This document shows, in pieces, positions 13,101 through 25,775 of a DNA stretch of 64,000 nt. The stretch is from Octopus sinensis (Eukaryota): positions 127,100,001 through 127,164,000 of the forward strand of contig NC_042998.1 in NCBI RefSeq assembly GCF_006345805.1, read 5' to 3'. The position numbers and the translations under genes are program-made. Positions within the stretch are counted from its first letter, which is position 1. The number at the start of each line of letters is the position of its first letter. The notes under the pieces are model-generated. The model was not told where the DNA came from. It saw nothing but the letters and a program-made list of their open reading frames with translations, and did not search any database.

Positions 13101-13232
13101 ACCATGGATTTGGTCTTGACGTTCGTTTTCCTTTTCGCTTATCCGTTTCAGGTCGACAGGCATGTATCTGAGAGCCATCTTTTTCTTCAGTTTTATCCAC
13201 GTCATGTTTTAAATTTATAATCCACTAGTATT
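10200..13232 (-). mobile_element. Gypsy (K02A2.6-like) LTR retrotransposon, decayed gag 3' end and pol (PR-RT-RH-IN), 3'-truncated
   Basis: In order: zinc-knuckle remnant YGCGDLHFKSNCPF (13003..13200), protease LQLDISSDITII (~12850-12880), RT LSEAYLQ (~12270), RNase H YSQIEKEALAIIFAV (11386..11712), integrase HPGISRMKSLMRS and VDSFSKWPE..DTIVSDNG..SNGQEEKF (10532..10994). The PR-RT-RH-IN order is Gypsy. Confidence 0.9.
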
Positions 13233-13237
13233 CTTTA

Positions 13238-13916
13238 GTTAGTTAGTTAGTTAATTTGGCTCAAAAGCAAATAGCAAGGCCATGTAGGGGGACATGGAGT
13301 TAAGTACAGGGTGGTGTTCATGTAAAGAGTTCAGGCCACTTGAGGTCCAGGGAGGCTTTGAACAAAGCGGTCGTCGGCATCTTCACCATCTCGTCTGGCA
13401 GCTTGTTCCACGGATCCGCAACCCGGACGGAGAAAGCTCCTCTCCTTCGATTGAGATGAAATCGTCGCAGGTAGAGCTTTTCGGAATGACCCCGCAGCCG
13501 ACGCTCTGGAGCAGGAGTGAAGAACAGCTCTTTCGAGAGGTTACACTTTCCGCTTATGATGTTGTGGGCGAGAATGAGATCACTACGGCGGCGGCGTTTT
13601 TCAAGAGAATAAAGGTCGAGCGTCCTCAGCCTTTCTTCGTGGGACAAATTTTTGAGACCATGAACCATGCGGGTAGCCAGCTTCTGGACTCTTTCGAGAT
13701 GCTGTATGTCTTTGAGGAGATAAGGAGAAGAGGCTTGAATCCCATACTCCAATATGGGTCTCACCAGCGTGACATAGAGTGGTAGGAATATGGCTGCTGT
13801 GAGCATTCCGAATGACCGTCGAATCAAGAACAGAATTCTGCGTGCTTTGTTGGCAGCATGGACGCACTGGGCCGAAGGCGAAAAGGAGGAATCCACCAAG
13901 ATACCTAGGTCCTTTA
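13238..13916 (-). mobile_element. 5'-truncated CR1/L2-group LINE inserted into the Gypsy gag
   Basis: Reads VKDLGILVDSSFSPSAQC at the 5' junction. The 3' UTR has a stem-loop ccatgt-cccct-acatgg and an (AACT)4 tail. The same 5 bp (cttta on +) sits at both junctions (13233-13237, 13912-13916). GC content is visibly higher than the flanks. Confidence 0.9.
13318..13899 (-). CDS. LINE ORF2 C-terminal part (post-RT region), uninterrupted 193-aa frame; N-terminally truncated, so probably not expressed
   Basis: LYVTLVRPILEYGIQASSPYLLKDIQHLERVQKLATRMV..LEKRRRRSDLI..RGHSEKL..FSVRVADPWNKLP is the typical CR1/L2-group ORF2 tail. Confidence 0.75.
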   Translation of the reverse strand: MVDSSFSPSAQCVHAANKARRILFLIRRSFGMLTAAIFLPLYVTLVRPILEYGIQASSPYLLKDIQHLERVQKLATRMVHGLKNLSHEERLRTLDLYSLEKRRRRSDLILAHNIISGKCNLSKELFFTPAPERRLRGHSEKLYLRRFHLNRRRGAFSVRVADPWNKLPDEMVKMPTTALFKASLDLKWPELFT

Positions 13917-14551
13917 CCTGATCGGTCGTAGAGTTAATATTTGATCCTGTTCTAATTTTGCTAGTATACGGGAACGTATATCAGCATCATTTCTTGACAT
14001 TAACCCTTGAACAAAAATTAGACTTTTGAGCAAATCCGGGGTTAATTTTCACACTCTCTGTTAACGACCTAGGTGACGAAATTTTCATCTTTTTAAACTG
14101 AATTTCGTCATTGCCAGCAAGTATTGAACAGGGAACTCCTTTCACTGAAAATTCTCTAGAACAAATTAACTGTTTCATCGAATCAAATTTCACCTGGTTT
14201 CTTCGGCAGAATACAGTTACAGTATTTTTCTTGACCGGCAGGGGATAACTTTCTTAAATGTAGTCGCACAGTCTTGTCATTTCAATTTTTACATTCTTCT
14301 TTAAAGATTTCTTCGTATCTTCTAAAATATGCAGAAAAAGTAGTACCTACTTCTGGGTTATAAATAAATTTTCCAATTGAATTTGATACGCTATCTGACG
14401 AGAACGAACCTGAAGTATTTACAGACTTCTTCAACATTACTTCTAGTAACTGTTGGTATTGATGTTGTTGCTGTTGATGTTGTTGTTATAACTGGTGTTG
14501 TTACTGTTGTTGCTGTTGCAACTGCACCACGCAAGCTAGCAAGTCTTCCAT
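13917..14551 (-). mobile_element. Gypsy gag N-terminal part (same element as 10200-13232)
   Basis: From the ATG at 14551: MEDLLACVVQLQQQQ..FIYNPEVGTTFSAYFRRYEEIFKEEC..RLHLRKL..YCNCILPKKPGEI..IRSRILAKLEQDQILTL, with in-frame stops. A possible 5' LTR at ~14557-14753 (TG..CA followed by TTGGC) has no partner LTR and is unconfirmed. Confidence 0.85.
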
Positions 14552-15934
14552 GCCAATGATTATTTTTCTTTGGTTTCTTTGGTTACACGTTGGATATATA
14601 AATTAATGAAGCGGAGGTTTTATCAATATGTTCATTCAACGTACTTCGCGAGACTACTAAAATGCTCTCTCCACGACTACTACCAACTTTATAAGAGTTC
14701 TACTAGACCATTCTTCCAATCCACTAAGGGTGTAAATGACTCTCGACACAACAGTGTGTTACTCTATGATGATGGTAGTGGCTGTGTACTCAGTTACTGT
14801 TTTAATCTTCCGTTTGTGATACCAGATAACGATGAAAGTACGTCTACATGATATTTCACCAGGTAAATTACCATCATTTCCACGGTCGCTGCTAACTGAT
14901 CTCCACATTTATGCTCACTAACTCTTTCTCCACACCTGCACAGACATCTCTTCGATACGATGGTATCTCTACTCGCTCCGAATCCTGGCAATCTGTATTT
15001 TTGGAAAGTATCCCAAACTCTTACTATAAGATTTATTAGTGCACCAACTGCCTTTGTCTAAGGCTTATTCTCTCTCGTCTCCACCAATTTCTTCGTCCTA
15101 CAATTGTTCCCTTTTCTCGCATTGAAACTGTAGTAGTCGTTTGTTTGCGCTACAATAAACTCTTTGGTGGGACTACTAAATAGGAATAGGAAGATAAGGC
15201 TGTCCCATACGGTGATGCTGCACAACTGAGGCTGTAGAGAAGGCCCAACATCTTGCGACGGGAGCCACGTATATTCCTTTAGATGTATTTCCCTGTTAAT
15301 GGAATCACGTAAAGCTTCACAAGCTATGTATATTGATAGATTTTACATTCTATCCACCAAATAGGCATCTCTATAGCCCAAAGGCCTTCCCATACGCTTG
15401 GCTGGCTTCTTGCTTCGTAGTAGAGTGTTAGCAGTTTTGGGAGCTTATAATCCATGCAAAGAGACCCCCAAACATAAATAACTCTACAGAAGTGAAAATT
15501 TATTCGTTCCAAATTAAATGGTTAAGGCCAGACGCATGGTAAATAAGTGTTTAACGGAACAACCTTGTGATTTTCACAAAGTATGCGACAAAAGATATAT
15601 TAACTAATTATAATCATTTGTAATTTACGTTTATTCATTTTGTTGAGTTTCCTATGCCCATGAAAGGGCCGAGTACTCTTCTGAATGTATTTATGTATAT
15701 TAAGACAGAATTCCTTAAGCATAATACCAAGAAATATGAGAAGACTTACATGTAAACTTATAATGATATAAATATCATAAAAAACAAAAAAAAAACAGTT
15801 CATAAAATTAAGTTAGATAATAGCTTAGAGAGCCTAGCTAAACACGAAGAGCGTATCACATGTAACAGAAGTCAACCAACAACAGTGGAATAGCGCCAGC
15901 TCATTATTTATCTGGTTTGATAATATATATACAT

Positions 15935-16029
<95 letters not shown>

Positions 16030-17984
16030 TATTTATATATATATATATTTATATATATATATAACTTTCATCATATACCTTCAAATTGTAATTTTTTTTT
16101 AGAGCCCAAGTAAGTGCAGGCCTAATATCAAATCTAAAGCAAACCTCACAAGTATGAATATAGATTCATGTAAGGTGCATAGAGATATTTATCAAACCCC
16201 ACTCTTTTTATAGGCCCTTTCTAAAGAATATCAAATTCACACCACCTGTAGATTAATTGCATTACCACTGAACTTTTTTAACATATCTATATATTATAAC
16301 CTTGTACTGTCTATTAAGGTAGTGTCTTTAACTTTATGAGAAACACTTAGATCATTATCTTAGGTTTACAAATTAGTTAATTTTATGCAAATTCAATATA
16401 GCCTTTGCAGTCGTGTATATTTCCTTACAGACATGAACATATTTCTTTCATCTTTCTCAATTATTCATATATATATTTAACCACAAATGTATAGATTCTT
16501 GCTACAATACCTAATTATCCATGAGAAATAATGCACTTCCACTATTGTTCATAAGAATGAGTGATTTTTGTTTGAACACCATTAGCCCAGCATGCAAAAA
16601 CGGAAAGCTCTTTATTTTATATACGTCTCGGCTTCTTTTCGACAAAAATAACAGTTTTGTTGCTGGACGGTTATTCATTTGTGAAGTAGACTTGAAAATT
16701 ATATGTTTATCTGTAACGGACTACATCAAATCATATATAATTTGATATGGTAATTTCGAATAATTCTTTCTAAATGGTGTTCAAGACATGAATTTTGGAG
16801 GAACGTGTAGTCGATTAGATCGACATCAATGCTTTTCTGGTGCTCTGCTTAAATGAAACCGAAAGAATGAAAGGCTCACACGCTATAGAGAAAGACGGTA
16901 CAATTCATAACACTGTAAGCTTCGAGCAACATAGCTAGCTGTACTTGATTACATCAAATTATATCTACTTGTACTTTTCTTCTGTTTGATTTGTTGTCGA
17001 TAGTATAAATATGAAATAAAGTATATTAATGTCGAAATAATGCACAAAAAGCTTTTTGCACATTTTAGCTCGTACTCCAATCTGTACTCCACTCAGTCGT
17101 AGTCAAATGAATGACATAATTAAAGAATGTAAAAGGGCAACTTATTATAAATGGCTATGTTGAAAGTCAATATTGCGTACACTTTTTATCGTGTCTATAA
17201 TTTGCTTTTACAGTTACACGTGTAAAATTACTAAAATATTAAAATGTTTCCTATTATTTGCAACTGTAAAATAATGAGTTCGATTGTATCGACAAATTTA
17301 TAATATTCATATCTTACGAGATATCAAATATCAATGCAATAAAATATCAAAAATTAATGTTAAAACAATATTCTGTATATTTTGTATTTCAATTCCATCG
17401 TAAGCTTTTAGCATAATTAAGCAAGAAACATGTATTTAAGATATTAAGCATTAGAGGACGTTTAAATTAACACAAATGATAACAAGCACTAAGTAGAAAC
17501 AATATTATACAATACGTCTGATAAGGCCTAACGGTCGTTAAATAAATACAAGATACAGTAATATACATGGCATTCTAGAAACCGGTGAGAATTTTATGAA
17601 AATTTTTTTTATTTCACTGGCGTAATTCCAAGGAGAGTCATATCACATTTATTTATTCATTAATGTATTTATTTAACTATTTTTAATAACTTAAATTTAC
17701 AACATTTAAGTCGTGGACAATGTTCAATTGATTGAAATCATAGTCGTAGTCAACAGAAAAGTCTTTATTGCTGAAAATATTTCCTCTAAAAATGGACAAT
17801 GAGATGGTTTCAAAATTTGACGCAACCAAAATATATAAATGGAAAAATGGATGGTAAAGTGGCTATGAAAATTGGAATTGTTGTGACAACTCAAGACATT
17901 TTCCTATCGAATTAATTACTCAACAGAAATTTATTTGGCTGTGGATGACTTGGAGTGCATATATTTCATGTAAAACTTTTGAGG

Positions 17985-18205
17985 TAATTTCGAATAATTT
18001 ATTCTAAAAGAGACACAAGACGTGAAATTTGGAGGCAGGGGTAGTCGATTAGACCGACATCAATTCTTGACTGCTACTTTATTTTAGCAACACCGGAAAA
18101 CAATGGAAGGGAAAGTCGACCTCGGTGTGAGTTGAACTCAGAACCGTAAGAAATGGCGGTAAGTATTGTGACTGATATGTTAACGATTCTGCCAGCTTCC
18201 CGCCT
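17985..18205 (-). mobile_element. SINE, second family (minus strand)
   Basis: gtagtcgattagaccgacatc..gaaagtcgacctcggtgtgagttgaactcagaac..acgattctgccagct. Related copies lie at ~16750-16900, 25585-25775, 40775-40875 and 48035-48205. Confidence 0.7.
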
Positions 18206-18514
18206 GAGTAATTTCAAATAATAATTGGAAAATGAAAACGTGTCTTCTGTATGAAAAACAATAAAGCACCAGCAATTATATTAATGTGTTCAACCGCAAC
18301 TTATTTAGAATAATATTATTGGAAATTTTCCCAAGAGTTTCTTCTGCATAAAGAATACATTTAACTGCGAGTTACCATAATAGATATTAAAATTTAAGAA
18401 ATATTGCTTAATTAATCGATTTCTTTCTTAATAGGAAGAAAGCTTATCAGCGCACTGAATCTTTCTCATAGACGGAAAAGAGAGGGAACTTCAACGATAT
18501 CGCAATAGTATTTG

Positions 18515-18548
<34 letters not shown>

Positions 18549-18564
18549 CACGTACATATATATA

Positions 18565-18611
<47 letters not shown>

Positions 18612-21059
18612 CATGCATATATATATACACACACACACGCACAGACATACATGTTGACATAAATGCAACCTGCAGGTGAAACAGAACAAATATTCGAGAT
18701 GTTTCTAATTTTTTTTATTCACCGATAGAGCTTGGTTTCTTAGGGAAAAAAAGAGGAAATAAGAAAGAGAAAGAAAATTAATTTATTACATACGCTTTTA
18801 CATAGAAAATATTCGTGTACATTGACATTTAATAACAATATTGAAGGAACATTGCCACTAAAACCTTTTCTCTAAATGCCTGATATAGCTGTTTGTGACA
18901 GAAACAAAATTGATGTAGACATAGCTGCCCTACAGATATGAATGTTTCTTTCCAAAAACTGCGAGAATGGGATGCTCCAAAACCTACAGTTTTTCTACTC
19001 TAACCTATAATTATTGCTGTTGTTTTCATTATAAAGAGTTTAATTAACCATGTCGAAAGGCTACTGTTTTTAGAAATAGAACGTCTCCAGCACTTTGTAT
19101 ATAAAATCTGGAAGTGGAAGAAAAAACAATCCTAGCATTTCTAGAAAATCAGCACGTGGCATTTGTTTTTTTTTCTCTCTCTAAATTCCAGTGTTGGGCT
19201 TTTGTGTCTTTTTTAGAACCCAGCATATACCTTATACAAAGGATTAAAGTAAATGAGATATCATACATACACGCTTTCATAATATATACATTCATACAAG
19301 CCAATGATTGAGGCCCTATTCGGGCGATCTACCTGCAAGAATTAGTAGTTACATCTATCTGAAATTACGATCTACCGTTATTAAAACAAAAAAAACTGTC
19401 AAATAATATAGTTCACATATAATATATATGTGGGACGAGATGGACACGGTTAAAATGTCTTTGGTCTAAAGTATGCTTGATTGGAGATGATCTAGGCCTC
19501 AACATCAACAGAGTAGAAGAGATGTGTGCATTAAACATTCTCTCATATACATACGAAAATTGTAAATGCTGGAGTTGGAGTGAGAAAATAAAAGGTAAAG
19601 TTGAGCTATTGATATTTAAGGTGATACTTAAAATGCTTATACTTCACTATATATTATATGTATGGATTTATAACCAACAATGTATGTGTAAACAAATGTA
19701 AAAACTTTGTCTCTATAGAATATATTCGCGGCCAGAAGAAGTGGGTCGGAGGGACTAATTTCTGTCTTGCGTTGAAATTTCATAAATGACTGTGTTTTAT
19801 GTATGACAATATTCCATAGCTAAGGATTAACGAAATTTCCGTCAGTGTCTTAGTATCACCGTACAACTGCTAGTAAGCTAATTCTATACAAAGGCAGTAA
19901 CTGCAACAAAATTTACTTGCCTGAAACAACAGATGTCCCATCTACATAGTCACTGAACTTTCTAGATATAATTACGAATTCTCTATCAACTCATATATTA
20001 CATGTTAAAAATAAAACGAACACTATGCATAATATAGTCCTATATATACCATACATATGAACATGACAAGTTGGTCATGACTCGAATGCTTTTAGTCATA
20101 GATTTACTCGTGCAAAACTTACCTGGGGTTAAACAACAAATAGGTCACTGACTGCTAAATAAATTTGCAATGGACAGAGTACATTATTGTGCAGATGACA
20201 GCTCCACTAATTGCCGACCATTTGAGATCATGTTTGATGTCTTGCAGACACTGGATTATAAAATAATTTACATTTTTACGTAAATTAATTTACGGCCTAA
20301 GTTAATTTACAACCCAAGTTATTAAGACGAATATTCTTAATAACATAAGCACTGTTTCTTCTGTCCATTTTTTTTATTAACTTTGCAATATTTGGCTTTT
20401 TTGGTTTCGAAATCAGAACCAAATAGTTTGCTATATGGCATTTTACGTTATAATTATTATTTAATTCTTCTGAAATGACTACTATCGGATGAAATGTATC
20501 TTCATGACATTCCGAATTTGACAAGAAATTACTTGAAGATTTCCATATAACTAAGCATTGTAAATCCCACATTAATATGACCATATTGAATATTTTTATA
20601 TTAAGGTCTTAAATAATGAATCAATTATTTTACATTAAGGTCTTAAATAATGATTCAATTATTTTTGAAATAGTGTATTTCATTCAATTTTGCTTTATTA
20701 TTTGCAACTGAGTACATCGGAAGACCAGCTTTTATAATGTCATTGGGATATTCTATCATTCATTTCTTCCCTCCCGCATTGTATCTCATATTCTTCGTCT
20801 TAACCTTCAATTTCTACATTTCTAGCTCTTGCTTTTCCTATCTGTTTGCATTTTTTTATGTTCATCATTCTCTGTTTCCTTTTTTCAACTGCTGCTTCTG
20901 AAAAATGCATCTGAAAGAAATGGGAGAGAAAATATTATAGTGACAAAATAATAAAATCCAGAAAAGAATAATTTTTTTTTTAAATGCAAAAATTAGATAT
21001 TTTCAAAACTTCATTTATGCTTCCCAAAGAAATCGCTATGTGTACAACGACTACAATTA

Positions 21060-21600
21060 TTTTTAATGCAAAGAAGTGGATGAATACACAAAAAATGGTT
21101 TAAATTCTCAGAGGTATTTAACTACGCTATTTCTGCAGCCGACGTTGACATTCATTCGTCCATGAATAATGAAATACATACTAGTCAAACACCGAGTTTA
21201 ACTTCTCCAACACCTTCAATGTCAGTCTCAATTTAATGACCACAGCAAAACAAATATGGTTTTCGTAAAACTGAAGAGATTGGAAGTCTAGTCTCTAATA
21301 TCATTCACCAGCAGACCATTGAAAAATTTTATTGAAGTATTGTTGTTGGCCTCAAGACTTTTGATCCTGTCAAACGCCTTTATGAAAAAAACTTTCATCG
21401 AAGAGCTACATCCGTCCCTCTTCTTTTGACTCGTGGCTTAGTATTTGATTGTATTTTACCGGTTTGCACTGATAGATTGCTCACTGATTCTACCTTCTGT
21501 ACACTCTAGGATGCCTCAAGGTTCCGTTTTGTCCACCACATTGTTCATCCAATATATTTGGGACCAAGTTATTGTGACCTACTTTAACAATGGTTCTAAC
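21060..21600 (+). mobile_element. Old CR1/Jockey-group LINE RT fragment
   Basis: QYGFRK, KTFDPV and RMPQGSVLSTTLFIQYI (the PQGSVL motif) occur in the correct order, with frameshifts. Confidence 0.6.
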
Positions 21601-22867
21601 GCTATGTTTTTGGTTACCTTCCACCACATCTTGGATTATCACAAATCGCATCTGAAGAAAGTTAATTCGACTGATTGGCATCCATTAACTTTGTTGTAAA
21701 GTTAGAAATGTATATTTAAAAAGTAAAATTCTTTCGTGGTATTTCGTTCTGTACTTCTGCTTTCTAATTTCATTGGACTCGACTTATCAGAGGTCGACCA
21801 CTCCTTCAGGTTTTCCAAGATTTATAAAAATACCTATCAAGCAAGTGCCCATGCGATAATTGTTCAGCATTTCATCCCCAAGTAGGCTTAGCAAATATTT
21901 CTTTCGGCAGGAGAATGAATCGGTAAAATGCATACCAGTCATATAACAAGAAATATTAAATCAACTTCCAAAACTCCTGCAAAGTACACGGTATTTCGCT
22001 AATAACAGAAATCAATATTTTAAATGTTTTAAATAAATCCACTGCATACATTTTTTATCTTAATTTCCTCAAATGCACTTTTTCCCCACTCACTGCATTC
22101 TGTTATATTTTTATGAGGAATGATTTTCATTTAGTTTACCCATTCACTCTCCATTCATTCGTTTTCTGCTATTCATTCGTCGTCTTGTTTTCATATTTTA
22201 CACACCTCTTTCTATTTCAACCTTCTTCCAATTCCTCAAACTCTCCCTTCTATTCTTTTTTTCTTGTATTCTTTTACATGCCACCTCCTTCTGTTTTGTT
22301 CGATTCGTTCTTATATTTCTCATTCTTGTACTTCTCCATCTTTCAGCGTTTGTGTTATTTTTAATGATATTTTTCTCCAATCTTCTTTTCTTTTCTTTCT
22401 CCGTTTCATCATCCTCATTATCGGCAATAGCAGCGCTCACTATTCCCTGGTACTTTTTTTGTTTATTATTGTTACTCTTGTGGTTCTTCTTGTTATGTTC
22501 AACCATTTTTTTCTTTTATTTGCTGCTTCTTGTCCCTGCATTTGTTGTACTTGTTTCTATTCATGCTTTTTTCTTCCAGTCCTCCTTCTCAATCTTCTCT
22601 TTTCTTTTGTCTTCATTCTTATTAATGTGATCATGTTGTTTTTTTTTTATCTTGCTCTTGCTGATGATAACGATCATCATCGTCTTATTTTTCTTTTTAT
22701 CATTCATCTAATAATATCAAATTGTACGTTGAAACTGATTTGTCGAGGATTCTTCTCTTTAAAGAACGAATATAATATACTCTTCATTATTCATTGTGTA
22801 TACATTTGTGTGGATATGTTTACGTAACTTAGTATCCATACCTTCTTATGTTGCCTCTTCAATATAA

Positions 22868-22876
22868 ATCTATCTG

Positions 22877-22949
<73 letters not shown>

Positions 22950-22965
22950 TTGTCTGTCTGTCTAT
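22868..22965. repeat. (TCTA)n microsatellite
   Basis: Seen directly. Confidence 0.95.
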
Positions 22966-25079
22966 CTACAGTACACATATACGCACACAGATATATAACT
23001 GTATACATATAAACTTTCTCGCACAGAAGTACTCTTGCACAATATATGTGAGTTATAGAAAGACGACATTTCAATGAAAAGAAAGGAGTGTTGACGTAAG
23101 GGTCAAGTAAGTCATGGAAGCGAGTAATACGAGTAAAACGAATAGAGAGAAGGAGAGAAAGTAAAAAGGTGAGAAAAGTGTGAGAGTGAAGAGGGTGACT
23201 AATGTAATCTGCGTGTGTCGGTCTCTGAATGTGATGAGCATAGCGTTATTTTCAATGGACAGTTCCTTCCTTACGTTGCATGTCATGTCGTAAATATGAT
23301 TATCCACAAACAATATTAAAGATTTCAGAATGGAGACAAAACTCGTAGTAATTAAAAAGAAACCTTTTTTTTATTAGGCAAGAACGTTGTGATTTCAAAG
23401 AATTTGAAAAATGAAAAGGATTTGTGCAGCTTCTTGAAAACGTGTTTGATTTATAGTATGAGTACTATGCCAAATTCGAACGAAGAGAATTTTTCTATTA
23501 CAAATTAAATATTAATTCCTGAAAGACGTTGTATGTATTCTAACAATATACATTTCAAACTTGTGAAAAGTTTATGATTAGTGATTATTTTATTTTATTT
23601 TATTTTAACCCATTTGATGTGTTTTGCTTTGTTTTACAGAATACAATATGTATACTAACCATCATTATATTATAAATGCCATTTGAAATTGTGATATTAC
23701 AGGGCCCAATCACTTGCTTTCAGAAACGCTGATATCTTGAAATAAACTTGCCGAAAGGTTTTGCATGCTCAATAAACAAAAAAATATTATGCCATAAAAT
23801 CTGTGTGAGAAAGTTTAGAGATCAACTATTTTATATATTTAAATATTCTATTGGTATATATTATACAAAGAGAGTAGTTAAAGTCTGTAATCTGTTAATA
23901 TTGCTGAAAAGATTAAATGTATTAATTTACAAGAGATATCCTTATCGTTTTTCATTTTATTAAGGGGTAATCTTCGGTGTCCTTTAGATGTGTGTACAGC
24001 CTTTCCAACAAGTCGACACCCCATAGACGAGATAGCGAGTGCTAACTTGTACTCATTGCAGAAGAATCAGAAACACAAACAGATGAGGCTCGCTTACTAA
24101 ACAAAAAAAAAATCTACACCAGGGAGAGACACACCATGTTTGACAACGACATTATCACTAGCATAACGAAACAATTCCTCTGTCTAATCAAAAATGACCA
24201 TCATATAGATAAGAAATTGTACATATTAAATTATTTAAGAGGAATAACACAAAAGTCAGTAATTCAATAACTCCACAGAATAGAAGCCTAATTTTAATAC
24301 ATAACAGTAATATCCAGCAGAACACCAACTTGGTAGCTCACCTGCCAAAAATCGTGAATCGTGTTTTTGTGTAATCAATGTCTGAGTGACAGTATTGTGT
24401 CTTAGGCCACTACGAAGATTGGCAAAACTTTCAAGTTTGTTATAATCTCTCTCTCTCTCTCTCTCTCTTTTCAAGAACCCCAGCCGTAGAAATAACATGA
24501 GTGAGCTCAGTGACAATACATGACACATTCTCAATGGTCACATTATTCAGTAACCGTTGATATGGCGCAAAATAATGGCTTATTGGAAAATCCCATTTAA
24601 TAATTATGCTAACAGTCATTATTTCAATCGCAAATGAATAAATCAAAATAGATTTTTATCTCCAGTCGTTGTCACAGACGGAAATTCTTGCTATTTCCTT
24701 TTATAACAACAGTTAAGACATATATGATCCCATATATTATGTGAAACGCCTCTATCTCATATTGCTTTATCAGCCTCTGTGAAAGTCTGTTGAAGATTGC
24801 TTTATCTAAATATCTGAATATCACCTTGAAATCGTTCTACGAAACTGCAAAAGTCAATAAACGTATATACACATCCTGTGTAGAAATCACAAAGTCGAAA
24901 CAAGCCCAGTATTGCATCTCGTAACAATTATTTCCATTTTAGGCTCAGTATTTAGAGGAGACGAGTTATTCGATTACTTCTACCCCAGTGTACTACCCTG
25001 ATATTTTATTGTTAAGAGCCCCGAACGGATAAACAGCTAAGTTATGTGGGTTTTGCGTGCAAATATGAGTTTTATTATG

Positions 25080-25400
25080 GAGGCACACAGCTTAGTGGTT
25101 AGGGTATTTGGCTCACGATCGTAAGTTGTGAGTTCAATACCCAGCGGCGCGTCGTGTCTTTGAGCAAGACACTTTAATTCATGTTGTTCCATTCCATTTA
25201 ACTGGCGAAATTGAGTAGTACTTGTATTTCAAAGGGCCAGCCTTGTCACACTTGGTGTCACACTGAATCCCCCTAAATCTACGTAAAAGGGTACACGTGT
25301 CTGTGGAGTACTCAGTCACTTGCTCGTTAATTTCACGAGCAAGCTGTTCCGTTGATCAGATCAACTGCAACCCTCATCGTCGAAGCCGACGGTGTGCCAG
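25080..25400 (+). mobile_element. tRNA-derived SINE
   Basis: Head ggcacacagcttagtggttagggt..gtgagttcaataccc (A and B boxes). Body shared with the 5083 copy. Confidence 0.7.
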
Positions 25401-25584
25401 TTATATAAATATTTTATTAAAACAATAACTTTCACGTTGCAGTAAATGATGTTGTTATCAGTATTTTTAAATTGAGTACTAAAATATTTCAAGTTTTCTG
25501 ACGAAGTAGATTCAGCATAACCATTGGAAAAAACGACAAGATAAACTATTTTTCTTCGACAAATATTGGTTTCAAATTTTGGCA

Positions 25585-25775
25585 CATGGCCAATAATTTC
25601 GCAGAGGGAGTAAGTCGATTAACTCCAGGGCTCAACTGGTACTTATTTACTCAACCCCGAATGGATGAAAAGCAAAGTCGACCCCGGTGGTACTTGAACT
25701 CAGAACATAAAGTCGGACGCAGTGCCGCAAGACATTTTGGCGGTGTGCTAACGATTGTGCCAGCGTGCCTTCCCA
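25585..25775 (-). mobile_element. SINE, second family
   Basis: ctcaactggtactt..ggatgaaaagcaaagtcgacccc..tgaactcagaac..gtgctaacgattgtgccagc, matching 17985 and 48035. Confidence 0.75.

Noticed and set aside
13294-13785. 163-aa plus-strand ORF
   Set aside because: It is the antisense shadow of the LINE ORF2 fragment.
14557-14753. Possible Gypsy 5' LTR and PBS
   Set aside because: There is no second LTR to compare because the element is 3'-truncated at ~10200, and the PBS is only TTGGC. Not called as a feature.
20122-20250. Minus-strand segment with a strong donor (CAG|GTAAGT) and a plausible acceptor
   Set aside because: The 128-nt candidate has stops in all three frames. Only an unsupported micro-exon or UTR exon would remain.
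22113-22830. Overlapping 83-187 aa ORFs rich in F/L/S or K/E/R
   Set aside because: Pyrimidine-rich cryptic simple sequence; composition alone explains the open frames.
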